Assembly: GCA_963723515.1 (NCBI GenBank)
Contig: CAVRQT010000003.1
Span: forward strand, 896,001-960,000
Reading direction: 5' to 3'
Length of the DNA: 64,000 bases
DNA from: Vulcanimicrobiota bacterium
GTDB taxonomy: Bacteria > Vulcanimicrobiota > Vulcanimicrobiia > Vulcanimicrobiales > Vulcanimicrobiaceae
Part shown: positions 31,064-40,066 of the stretch, piece after piece
Layout: the number at the start of each line of letters is the position of its first letter
How positions within the stretch are numbered: the first letter of the stretch is position 1
The notes under the pieces: generated by a model
The model's input: the letters and a program-made list of their open reading frames with translations, nothing else
Told to the model about the DNA's origin: nothing
Databases searched by the model: none
Translations under genes and position numbers: made by a program

Positions 31064-31131
31064 CGCGTCCGAAACGAGCGTCCAGCGTAAAGGCCGCAGG
31101 ACCGGGTCGCGGAACTGGAAACGGGATTCTC

Positions 31132-32136
31132 ATGCGCTGTTTAGTGACGGGCGGCTTAGGATTCATCGGATCGAACTTCATTCGGCTGCTTTTGCACGAG
31201 CGGCCGGACGCGCGCGTGATTAATCTGGACGCGCTAACCTACGCAGGCAACCCCGAGAACCTGCGCGATGTCGAAGCCGACCCGCGATACCGGCTCGTCA
31301 AGGGAGATATCGCCGACGCTGCCACCGTGCGCGAGTCCCTTGCCGATGGTGCCGATGCAATCGTCAACTTCGCGGCCGAAACGCATGTCGATCGCTCGAT
31401 CTTGGAGCCCGAGGTCTTTCTGAAGACAGATATCCTCGGCACGCATGTGCTCTTGGAAGCCGTGCGCGAGAAAAAGATTCCGCGCTACGTTCAAGTGTCG
31501 ACGGATGAAGTTTACGGCGACGTACCGAGCGGACTCTCAACCGAAGAGTCGCCCTTACGGCCGCGCAGTCCGTATAGCGCCAGCAAGGCGGGCGCGGATC
31601 TTCAGGTGCTTGCGTACTGGCATACCTATCAAACGCCGGTGATGATCACTCGCGGCTCCAACACCTACGGGCCATATCAGTATCCCGAGAAATTGATCCC
31701 GCTCTTCATCACCAATCTCTTCGAAGATCGACCGGTGCCGGTGTACGGCGATGGCAAACAGATACGCGACTGGGTGCATGTCGAGGATCACGCGCGTGGC
31801 ATTCTTCATATTCTCGAGAACGGCGAAGCGGGAAACGTGTACAACATCGCCGGCGAAAATCTGCGCACGAATCTTGAGATTACCGAGCGGTTGATCTCGC
31901 ACTGCGGGCGATCGCCGAACACGCATATCACTCATGTGCTCGACCGCGAAGGACACGACCGGCGTTATGCGCTCGATACCGGCAAAGCGCGCTCCTTGGG
32001 GTGGCAGCCCCGCATCGATTTTGAGAGCGGTCTAGGCGCAACCGTGGAATGGTATCGCGCCAACGAGCAGTGGTGGCGCCCAATTCGCTCGGGCACATTT
32101 ACCGAATACTACCGGCGTCAATATGCACACCGCTAA
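31132..32136 (+). CDS. rfbB: dTDP-glucose 4,6-dehydratase
   Basis: VTGGLGFIGSNF, AAETHVDRSI, STDEVYG, YSASK, YQYPEKLIP. Confidence 0.95.
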   Translation: MRCLVTGGLGFIGSNFIRLLLHERPDARVINLDALTYAGNPENLRDVEADPRYRLVKGDIADAATVRESLADGADAIVNFAAETHVDRSILEPEVFLKTDILGTHVLLEAVREKKIPRYVQVSTDEVYGDVPSGLSTEESPLRPRSPYSASKAGADLQVLAYWHTYQTPVMITRGSNTYGPYQYPEKLIPLFITNLFEDRPVPVYGDGKQIRDWVHVEDHARGILHILENGEAGNVYNIAGENLRTNLEITERLISHCGRSPNTHITHVLDREGHDRRYALDTGKARSLGWQPRIDFESGLGATVEWYRANEQWWRPIRSGTFTEYYRRQYAHR

Positions 32137-32884
32137 CCCGCCGAAGGGCGTCATACTCGCGGGCGGATTGGGTTCGCGTTTGCGGCCTCTCACAAAGGTG
32201 ACGAACAAGCATTTGCTGCCGGTCTACGATAAGCCGATGATCTACTATCCGCTCGAGACGTTGCGCAGAGCCGGCCTCGACGACATCATGATCGTGACGG
32301 GCGGAAACTCGGCGGGCGAATTTTTGCGCCTGTTGGGGAACGGCAGAGAATTTGGCCTCAGGGACATCTACTACACGTACCAAGAGGGTGAGGGCGGCAT
32401 CGCTGATGCGCTCAAGCTCTGCGAACATTTCGCCGAAGGCAGCCGCGTGGTCGTCATTCTGGGCGACAACATCCTCGAGGAAGATATCTCGCCGTACGTC
32501 GAGCGATTCTGCCTTCAAGAGAGCGGCGCGCGCCTTCTATTAAAGGAAGTTCCGGATCCCGAGCGCTTCGGCGTGCCGGAGCTGAACGGCGAGCGCATTC
32601 TGCGCATCGAAGAGAAGCCGGTCGAACCAAAGAGCCGCTACGCCGTAACCGGCATCTACATGTACGACGAAAACGTTTTCGACATCGCCCATAACTTGCG
32701 GCCTTCAGCGCGCGGCGAACTCGAAATTACCGACGTCAACAACGAGTACATCCGCCGCGGCAATCTGTGTTACGACGTTCTCTCAGGATGGTGGACGGAT
32801 GCGGGTCAATTTGAGAGCCTGTATCTCGCCTCGAACCTTGTGGCGAAACAGCGCCGCAAGAACCGGGTCAAGACGAAGGTTTAG
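32123..32884 (+). CDS. Glucose-1-phosphate thymidylyltransferase, short RmlA/SpsI type
   Basis: LAGGLGSRL.PLT...NKHLLPVYDKPM, LGDN, PSARGELEITD. Confidence 0.9.
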   Translation: MHTANPPKGVILAGGLGSRLRPLTKVTNKHLLPVYDKPMIYYPLETLRRAGLDDIMIVTGGNSAGEFLRLLGNGREFGLRDIYYTYQEGEGGIADALKLCEHFAEGSRVVVILGDNILEEDISPYVERFCLQESGARLLLKEVPDPERFGVPELNGERILRIEEKPVEPKSRYAVTGIYMYDENVFDIAHNLRPSARGELEITDVNNEYIRRGNLCYDVLSGWWTDAGQFESLYLASNLVAKQRRKNRVKTKV

Positions 32885-33044
32885 ACGGCGGTTCGGGCAC
32901 CGCGCGCTCAACACGCCGAATCTGCACGCTCTCGGGCGCATCGATGCCGAGCTTGACCTGGCCGCCACCGATCTCCAGGACAACGATGCGCACCGCATCG
33001 CCGATCGTCAATTCCTGACCCACGCTTCGCGTCACCACGTACAT
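32868..33044 (-). CDS. csrA: Carbon storage regulator CsrA-like RNA-binding protein, 58 aa (not in the ORF track)
   Basis: Hand translation MYVVTRSVGQELTIGDAVRIVVLEIGGGQVKLGIDAPESVQIRRVE... aligns without gaps to CsrA, including R6, G9, IGD, QV, AP and R44. GAGG 7 nt upstream. Confidence 0.85.
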   Translation of the reverse strand: MYVVTRSVGQELTIGDAVRIVVLEIGGGQVKLGIDAPESVQIRRVERAVPEPPSKPSS

Positions 33045-33161
33045 TGAAGAACCTCGCCTTGGAGCGCCATCCTAGACCGGATGGTGAAACCTCTGCGGCA
33101 GCGCCCCGGTATCTCCGTCAGAGTGAAAATTTGCGGACTCTCGCGTTAGGAGAAATTTCTC

Positions 33162-33698
33162 GTGGATTGTTATTTTCACAGTCACGTTCCCTCGGTTGCC
33201 CGCTGCTCGGATTGCCTTAAGCCGATCTGCGCGACATGCCATGCCGGCGACGGGATGTGCCCGAGCTGCCGTCTGGCGACGAAAATCGACAGCGCGAACG
33301 CCTCACGTCAAGAGCTTGGCGGAAGCGTTCCTCAGCGACAGAAGCCTGCGCGCGTCGCGACGATCGGAGATTCGGTTGAATCGCGCGCCCTCGTCGCGCT
33401 GGGTTACCCGTTGCCGCCGCTTGCCGTCCTCGCGCTCTTCGATCGCAAACAATCCCCCTATCTGCGGCGCCAGGTCTACCAGTCGCTTGGGTTCACGGGG
33501 GGAATGGCGCTCTTCGGCCTCGTTCTCTCGTGGATGCTCGCCATACCGTTCCTCAACATTAGCGCGATGTTGATCTTGGCGGTGCTTTTTCCGGTTTGGC
33601 TGGTTGCCAGCGTCGTTTATGGGATCAAGACCTACAACGGCGACGATGTACGCATTCCAATCGTCAGTGATTGGATCGAGGAACGTCTGCCGGCGTAG
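33162..33698 (+). CDS. B-box-like zinc finger plus DUF4870-like membrane domain protein
   Basis: C-x2-H..CxxC..CxxC..CxxC N-terminus, 3 TM, YNG.DVRIPIV end. AGGAG RBS. Confidence 0.65.
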   Translation: MDCYFHSHVPSVARCSDCLKPICATCHAGDGMCPSCRLATKIDSANASRQELGGSVPQRQKPARVATIGDSVESRALVALGYPLPPLAVLALFDRKQSPYLRRQVYQSLGFTGGMALFGLVLSWMLAIPFLNISAMLILAVLFPVWLVASVVYGIKTYNGDDVRIPIVSDWIEERLPA

Positions 33699-35100
33699 CA
33701 TTCACGAACTCACTGTAACGCGCTAAGTAGCGCCGGGCGGCGGTATCGTGATCCAAGACCGGCGGCGGATAACCGTTTCGGCCGAAGAGCGGCAGCGCCG
33801 GCTGCCTCTCCTTATTCGGGGCCGGCACCGCATGCGCGAGCTCCGCGATCCACTTTTTCGCATACGCTCCCTCGGGATCGAACCGGCGCGCGCCCTTGAC
33901 CGGATTGTAAATCCGGGGGTATGCGGCTAAGTCGGCGCCGACGCCGGCGATCCACTGCCAATTGCCGGCTGCCAGCGCCGGTTCGTCTTCGATCAAGAAG
34001 CGATCCCATTCGGCAAGTCCGACGCGCCAATCAACTTCCAGATCGAAGCACAGAAACGACGCCGCGATCGAGCGCGCGTGCGGATGCATCCATCCCGTGG
34101 CGTGTAATTGCCGAATGCCGGCGTCAACAAGCGTAAAGCCGGTCATGCCTTGCTTCCATGCCTCGAGATGCTCGTGCGCGGCCAGAAACGGAAAGCGGCG
34201 CATCTTCGCCTGGAGCGATTCACTCTGCGCGTCGGGCTGATACCACGCGAGCTGCAAGAAGAAATCGCGTTGCGCTAAGGATCGAAGGAAGCGGCGCAGC
34301 GACGCCTTCTCTTCAGCAAGCAAGAACGGATCATCGGCGCGACGCTTCGTTTCACGCACGACGGTTCGTGCCGCGATCGTCCCAAAGCAAAGGTGCGCGG
34401 CCAAATGCGAGGTGCGGTCGTCGGCCGGCACGTTGACCGCGACATCGTACTGCACGGCATCCTGCCGCAAGAACGTTGTCAGCCGCCGCATTGCCCCACT
34501 AGGCGTCGCGTCACCGCCGATCGGCTGCGCGTTGAATTCGCTTTCCGAGGGCAGCGGTTCGCTGACGACGCTTGGCTTTGCGAAACGCCGGAAGAGCGGC
34601 GCTTCGTGCGAGACGACGTCAATCGCACGCCAGGCATCGATATAAGGCGCAAGGGCGCGGTAGCCTTCGCCTGCTCCAAGTTTTGCGGCCGCCGTTTCTC
34701 CCGGCGGAACGGCAGGCGCATCATGAACGATCGGCGTCGCAAGGCCGCGTTCCTCAAGCGCGGCACGCAATTCGGCCTCTTCTTTCATAGCGGCGGCATC
34801 GTATGAGGCGCTCCAAAGCGCCGCGTTCGGTTTCAGCTCCTCGACGAGCTGCAACATCGTCGCGCCGAGCGGACCACGCCGTACGATCAGTGCCGATCCT
34901 TCTTCCCGTAACGCTGCATCGAGCGCCGCCACAGCGTGAACAAAAAAGGCCGCCCGGCGAGGGGACGTCGCAATGCGCGAACGCAAGAGCGGATCGACGA
35001 TCAACACGGGTACGATTGCCCCGTGTCGCGCCGCCTCGGCTAAACCGGCATGATCTTCGAGACGCAAGTCGCGCCCGAACCGGAAGAGGACGGAACGCAA
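33664..35100 (-). CDS. Cryptochrome/photolyase family protein, divergent
   Basis: RDLRLEDH, GMTGFTLVDAGIRQL..TGWMH, DWR, WQW, RIYNP, FDPEG. Confidence 0.85.
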   Translation of the reverse strand: MRSVLFRFGRDLRLEDHAGLAEAARHGAIVPVLIVDPLLRSRIATSPRRAAFFVHAVAALDAALREEGSALIVRRGPLGATMLQLVEELKPNAALWSASYDAAAMKEEAELRAALEERGLATPIVHDAPAVPPGETAAAKLGAGEGYRALAPYIDAWRAIDVVSHEAPLFRRFAKPSVVSEPLPSESEFNAQPIGGDATPSGAMRRLTTFLRQDAVQYDVAVNVPADDRTSHLAAHLCFGTIAARTVVRETKRRADDPFLLAEEKASLRRFLRSLAQRDFFLQLAWYQPDAQSESLQAKMRRFPFLAAHEHLEAWKQGMTGFTLVDAGIRQLHATGWMHPHARSIAASFLCFDLEVDWRVGLAEWDRFLIEDEPALAAGNWQWIAGVGADLAAYPRIYNPVKGARRFDPEGAYAKKWIAELAHAVPAPNKERQPALPLFGRNGYPPPVLDHDTAARRYLARYSEFVNATPADVPRSNH

Positions 35101-35114
35101 TGCCTGGTTCTAGG

Positions 35115-35278
35115 GAAACCTCTGATTCAGTCTTCGTGGTTCAGCCTCGTGGCGATTTTTTGCCGAGTTCGAGGCCCGAGGACGGGCGCAATGCAGCACC
35201 ATTGTGGCCGCCGCAGGAACACTGAACTCGGCAAAAAGCGACCGAGGACGGGCCGCGTGAGACTGGATCAGAGGTTTC
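35115..35278 (+). repeat. Long stem-loop repeat element, copy 3 (MITE-like, 19-bp terminal inverted repeats)
   Basis: GAAACCTCTGATTCAGTCT / AGACTGGATCAGAGGTTTC, inner TTTTTGCCGAGTTC / GAACTCGGCAAAAA, shared core. Confidence 0.8.
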
Positions 35279-35281
35279 TAA

Positions 35282-36311
35282 CTACTGTTGTGTGGCCGCG
35301 CGGAACGTAAAAGCGTCCCGATAGATCCCCGGCACAGGTTTGCCGTTGATCATCTTCGGCCGATAGTGGATCTTCATTGCCGCCTTGCATACGGCGTCAT
35401 CCAGCACCGGCCATCCCGAAGCTTTCGTGATAATGCATTTGGTCGGCGCACCGGTTTCATCGATCACCACTTCGAACGCCGACGTGCCCTCGGCGCCTTC
35501 AAGCATCGCAATCTGCGCCGGCTGAGGATTAATCGCTGTTTCGCCGCCATCCGGGGCGGCGTCGCGAATCGTATAGCTCGGCGCGATCGTAATCGGCTCG
35601 GACTTCGTGGCGCCGAACGATGCCGTTTCGCCGCCATAGTGCACGGCGCCGCGCCGCCACACCGGGATCTGTGACTGGATCGTATCGCTGCTATCGCTGC
35701 CCTTGACACTCGACCCACGACCGACATCACTCGCCGTCGACTGTTCGAGCGCTACTTCTGTTTCATGACGCTGCGACTTTTGCACGTGAATCGGCACACT
35801 CGTTTTCGCTGGGGCGGTGTTGGCAGCGGGGACCCGCGGCAGTTGTACGATGTTGTGCACGACGACCATGCGGGGCGCGGGTGTGGGCGATTTCTCATCG
35901 CGCACCGAGCGCCGCTCGAAAACGATCTTGTTGCTTTCCAAATTGACGACGATCGGATCGGCGAGGTCGGCCGATTTGCGCTAAGCCGGAACCGACGACA
36001 AAGTGCCCGATCAGCGATACGAGCAAACACGCTGCGAGAATACCGAGCCCATACCGCGCGAACCGTTTCGTGCGCGAATTCGCACGCGCCAAGACCGGGC
36101 TGCTAATGTCCGGCTCCCACACTTCGCCGTCTTTGGCTTCGCTGATAACGCCATGCAGGCGGCCTAGCTCATGCTCGCCGCCGTACGTAATCAGGCAGGC
36201 TTGGCAATGCGCAATGTGCTGCCGGTACTCGATGCGCTCTTCATCAGTTGCTTCCCCTAAGATGATCGCGCCGGCGAGGACCTCAGTGCGGTCGTGCCGT
36301 CGTTCTTTCAC
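35282..36311 (-). CDS. Zinc-binding anti-sigma factor fused to a TonB C-terminal domain (frameshift near 35968)
   Basis: HIAHCQAC (HxxxCxxC), one TM, Pro-rich linker, EG....VVIDETG....I.KASG.PVLD.A...YRP...NGKPV. GTGA overlap with the sigma gene. Confidence 0.7.
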
Positions 36312-36838
36312 GTTCTTGTTGAGCGCTCCGTCATCACCATGCGAAGGGTGCGCATTGCGCGGCAAACTCGCTGCCGCACGGCATCGGCGGTCGTGCCTAA
36401 AATCGTCGCTGCTTCATGTGAGGAGTAGCCAGCGTAGCTGGTCAGCATGATCGCCGCGGCCTGTTCGTGAGGCAACCGGTGCATCGCCGTCTGCAGATCG
36501 AGCGATGCGGCGCTGCGCTCGTCGATACGCAAGCCACGAACTTCCCAATCCCGGTCGAGCGGCGTAAAGCGAACGATCTTCTTTCTCCTCAAGTACGAAA
36601 TCGCGTTGTTTGTCGCAGTCTTATAGAGCCAGCCCGGCGTCAGCGGCCGATCGGGCTCGTTCTGCAGCGTGCGATACGCTGCAAAGAACACGTCCTGTGC
36701 TATGTCGAGGGCAACATCGGCATCACCGACCATCCGACGAACGTAGCGCGCTAATTTCGTCTGATGCTCGCGCACGAGCGCTTCGATGCGCACATGAGCG
36801 ACGGGCGCCTCGGCGGTGGTAAGGTAGACCTGTTCCAT
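36308..36838 (-). CDS. ECF RNA polymerase sigma factor
   Basis: Region 2 DIAQDVF..WLYKTATN, region 4 LP..Q....YSSHEAATILG...AVRQRVCRA. Confidence 0.9.
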   Translation of the reverse strand: MEQVYLTTAEAPVAHVRIEALVREHQTKLARYVRRMVGDADVALDIAQDVFFAAYRTLQNEPDRPLTPGWLYKTATNNAISYLRRKKIVRFTPLDRDWEVRGLRIDERSAASLDLQTAMHRLPHEQAAAIMLTSYAGYSSHEAATILGTTADAVRQRVCRAMRTLRMVMTERSTRT

Positions 36839-36892
36839 GGGCTGGGGCCCCCCTAGTCTCTAGGTAACGTGAGACTTCTTGAGCCTGTGACC

Positions 36893-37906
36893 CTACCCCC
36901 GATTTCGGAGAACGCCCGCATGCGGGCTGCCGGCGTTCCCAGCTGCAGGTGGTGCCGTTCTGGCTTGATCGTCATCGCCGACTGCAGCAGGCGCATCAGC
37001 TCCGTTCGTGACGCTCCCGCGCGAAGCGGCGTGCGCAAATCGAGGTGCTGCTCGCCGAAGAGGCACATTCGAAGCCGGCCATCGGCCGTCAGACGAACGC
37101 GATTGCACCGCTCGCAGTAGTCGTGCGAGAGGGGACTGATGACGCCGACCGCCCCGCGAGCGCCTGGAAACGAGAAGTAGCGCGCGGGGCCGTTCCCGGT
37201 GGCCCGCCAACAGGCGCAAGGTCGCCGATGGCGGCGATTCGGATCGAGTATTTCGTCGGTCGAGACGTACGTCTTCGCCTGCAGCGCCGCGTTTTCGTGA
37301 ACCGGCATCACTTCGATGAAGCGGACGAAGATCGGGCGGTCGATCGTCAGCCGCGCGAAGTCTTCGATTTCATCATCGTTCTGATCGCGCATCACGACGC
37401 AGTTGATCTTGACTGGATGCAAGCCGGCGTCGATCGCGCTGTCGATGCCGCGCATCACTTTTTCAAGACCTGTGCGTCGCGCGATTGCAAAAAAGCGATC
37501 TTCCTGCAGTGTATCGAGCGAGATGTTGACGCGTCGCAATCCGGCGCGAACCAAATCGCCGATCTGCTCGGATAAGAGTAGCGCGTTTGTTGAAAGCGCG
37601 ATGTCTTCGATGCCCAGCGCCGCTATCTGCTCGACCAACGATGCGAGATCGCGCCGAATTAGCGGCTCGCCACCGGTGAGACGAACGCTTCGCACCCCGG
37701 CATCCGCGGCCGCCGCGACGATTGCGGTAATCTCTTCATACGAGAGAATATCGCTTTTCGGAAGCCACGGCAGACCGGCTTCAGGCATGCAGTAGATGCA
37801 ACGCAGGTTGCACTTGTCGGTGACGGAGATGCGCAAATACGTGATCGGGCGGCTGAATTGGTCGGTGCAGCTGCGCGGTCGTCAGATCGATCGTTTCAAG
37901 CGCCAC
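36893..37906 (-). CDS. moaA: GTP 3',8-cyclase MoaA (several indels)
   Basis: DQFSRPITYLRISVTDKCNLRCIYCMP, TGGEPL, CERCNRVRLTADG, terminal IGG. Confidence 0.92.
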
Positions 37907-37930
37907 GCTTTTGAGGTTTCGATAGCGCCA

Positions 37931-38242
37931 ACTCTGTCACCCTGAGCCGTACTCTGTCAGCCTGAGCTTTACTCTGTCACACTGAGCTTGTCGAAGGGCG
38001 CACGTGCAATCGTGTCAGTCGAGCTGCTCTCATGCTCCAGAGTGCATCGTTACAGGCAAACAAAAGTCCCAGCTGCTACGCTGGGACCTCCTCATTAGCG
38101 ACGATTACCGTTGCGCTTCGACCCTTCGACACTTCGACGAGCTCAGTGCAGGCTGTTGCTCAGGGCGAGCTGAGCTCAGCGTGACAGGGAAAATCTATTG
38201 CCTAAAGATGCTGTCTGGCCCTTCGACAAGCTCAGGGTGACA
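37931..38242. repeat. REP-like cluster: three tandem 20-bp units, a nested inverted copy and one full inverted copy
   Basis: ACTCTGTCA(C/G)(C/A)CTGAGC x3 ending TTGTCGAAGGG, nested copies at 38115-38187, CCCTTCGACAAGCTCAGGGTGACAG at 38219. Confidence 0.85.
38058..38087 (-). terminator. Putative intrinsic terminator between the queG operon and moaA
   Basis: GTCCCAGC-gtagca-GCTGGGAC followed by TTTTGTTT on the minus strand. Confidence 0.6.
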
Positions 38243-38256
38243 GGCGCGATTATTAC

Positions 38257-38880
38257 CTAAAAAGTGAGTCTGGTCAACTCGGGTGGGTTCAGTTTGTAAT
38301 TTGAAAACGACGACGTCAGGTCAGCGGTGTAGTTCGGAACCTCGACATGGCCGCTCTGTGCCTTGGGGACGAAATTGCCGTCGACGACCATGAACTGCTG
38401 ATTGAGGCGCGCATAGCCACCGTCGTTGTACTGCCACACCATTTGGTCCACGGTTGCATCCTTGTCGTCGACTTTCGCCGTGATGTGATCGATGCGACCA
38501 CGAATGCGCGGGACAAGCTTGAACGTCGTCTGCTTTCCGTCGTCACCCTCATTGGTGATGTAGTAAACATCGCCCCAACGCGAGGGACTCTCAACGTGCG
38601 GATAGACCTTCTCAAACTGCTTCGCGATGACCGGCACCGTGCGGAACGAGATCTTATCTTTGGACGGCTCCTTGTGGTAGTACGTGCCGTCTAAGCTCGG
38701 ATTTAGATATGGAAACGTATGCAGCGCGATGTCAACGTGCACCGACGCCTCGAACGTCTTGAGATGCGGGTTCAGCGACGCCATACGCTCCAGCATATCC
38801 GCGCTTCCCGGGCTCGGCGTCGGCAGCGCGGCCAACGCCAAGAGGGCCAAAGCGGCGCCAAAAATTCGAAGCTGTTTCAT
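38257..38880 (-). CDS. Secreted hypothetical protein, possibly LolA/lipoprotein-sorting-like fold
   Basis: Signal peptide, beta-rich, FKLVP and FSNYKLN segments. Confidence 0.6.
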   Translation of the reverse strand: MKQLRIFGAALALLALAALPTPSPGSADMLERMASLNPHLKTFEASVHVDIALHTFPYLNPSLDGTYYHKEPSKDKISFRTVPVIAKQFEKVYPHVESPSRWGDVYYITNEGDDGKQTTFKLVPRIRGRIDHITAKVDDKDATVDQMVWQYNDGGYARLNQQFMVVDGNFVPKAQSGHVEVPNYTADLTSSFSNYKLNPPELTRLTF

Positions 38881-38881
38881 T

Positions 38882-40066
38882 TCACTTGCATAACGCGCGT
38901 TCTTGCGAGAAGGGTTCCAGCGCGCTTACGATCTCCTCTCTCACGGTTTCTGTTCTTTCCCCGCTTAGTTGCTTTTGTAGCACAGCGATTGCTTGCGGTG
39001 AGCCGATTCTACCGAGGGCCCACGCGGCGTGCCCGCGGACCATCGGATGGGGATCGCCCTCAGCAGCCTCAGCCAGCGCCGGAACGGTCGAGCGGTCGAG
39101 CGTGTTGCCGAGCGCAACCGCTGCATTGCGACGCAGCACCGCGGCGCCACGCCAGCCGATCGCCGTCGGAGCAAACACACGCCGAAATTCGCTGCTGCGC
39201 AAGCGCAGTAATCGTACCAACAATGGTGCCGCGGCGTCCTGAGAAACGGCTGAATTGTCGGGGCTCGAACTGAAGCCGGCTTTCTGCGTCGGCGGACAGA
39301 TCTGCTGACAGAGGTCGCATCCCCAAACCCACGTGCCGATCAATGGCCGCAACGTCCGTGGGATTCCGTCCGTACGTTGCGTGAGGTCGGAGATGCAACG
39401 AGTCGCGTCGATCGTGTAGTCGCCGCGCAACGCTCCGGTTGGACAGATGTCGACACAACGGCAGCACGAACCGCAATTCTTCTGCAATGCCGGATCCGCG
39501 TCAAACGCAACGCTCGTCACGATCTCGCCGAGGAAAACAAACGAACCATGCGTTGGGTCGATCAGATTGGTATGTTTGCCGATCCATCCCAATCCCGCGC
39601 GCGCCGCAAATGCCCGTTCTGCCAAAGGCGCCGTATCACAGACGATTCGAGTCGTTCCTTTTCCCGCGCTTTCCTCGATCACTTCAGAAACAGCTTTGAG
39701 AATCGCTTTCATGCGACGGTGATAATCGCTCGACCATGCGTAGTTCGAGACGCGCCCGCTCAGCGGCGGGCGTTGGGACGGCGGGGTTGCATAGGGCATC
39801 CCGATGCAGATGACGCTGCGCGCATTGCTAAGCAAAGTACGAGGCGACGTTGCTGCATGCGCGTAGCCCTCGTCGTACCGCCACGTCGCTAAGTCGCCGC
39901 GCGCAAACGAGCTACGCATGCGCCCGTCCGTTTGTGCATCGGGCCGCGCGCTTGTGAAGCGAACGGACAGCGCACCAAGCTCTCGCGCGCAGGCGATAAC
40001 CTTAAAGCGTAGCGAGTTGTCCCTGATCGACGAGAGGGAAGGCTTCGTCGATGCGGCGGATGTCAT
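38882..40066 (-). CDS. queG: tRNA epoxyqueuosine reductase
   Basis: YAW..DYH, DTAPLAER, GWIGKH, CGSC..C..ICPT, WGCDLCQ.ICP, HEAT repeat. Confidence 0.92.
   Translation of the reverse strand: MTSAASTKPSLSSIRDNSLRFKVIACARELGALSVRFTSARPDAQTDGRMRSSFARGDLATWRYDEGYAHAATSPRTLLSNARSVICIGMPYATPPSQRPPLSGRVSNYAWSSDYHRRMKAILKAVSEVIEESAGKGTTRIVCDTAPLAERAFAARAGLGWIGKHTNLIDPTHGSFVFLGEIVTSVAFDADPALQKNCGSCCRCVDICPTGALRGDYTIDATRCISDLTQRTDGIPRTLRPLIGTWVWGCDLCQQICPPTQKAGFSSSPDNSAVSQDAAAPLLVRLLRLRSSEFRRVFAPTAIGWRGAAVLRRNAAVALGNTLDRSTVPALAEAAEGDPHPMVRGHAAWALGRIGSPQAIAVLQKQLSGERTETVREEIVSALEPFSQERALCK

Noticed and set aside
37931..38242. CRISPR array
   Set aside because: Units abut without unique spacers, occur in both orientations and at dispersed loci, and no cas genes are present.
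37907..38256. Moco riboswitch upstream of moaA
   Set aside because: The region is explained by REP-like units and a terminator hairpin. I could not recognise the Moco RNA consensus. An Rfam scan would settle it.
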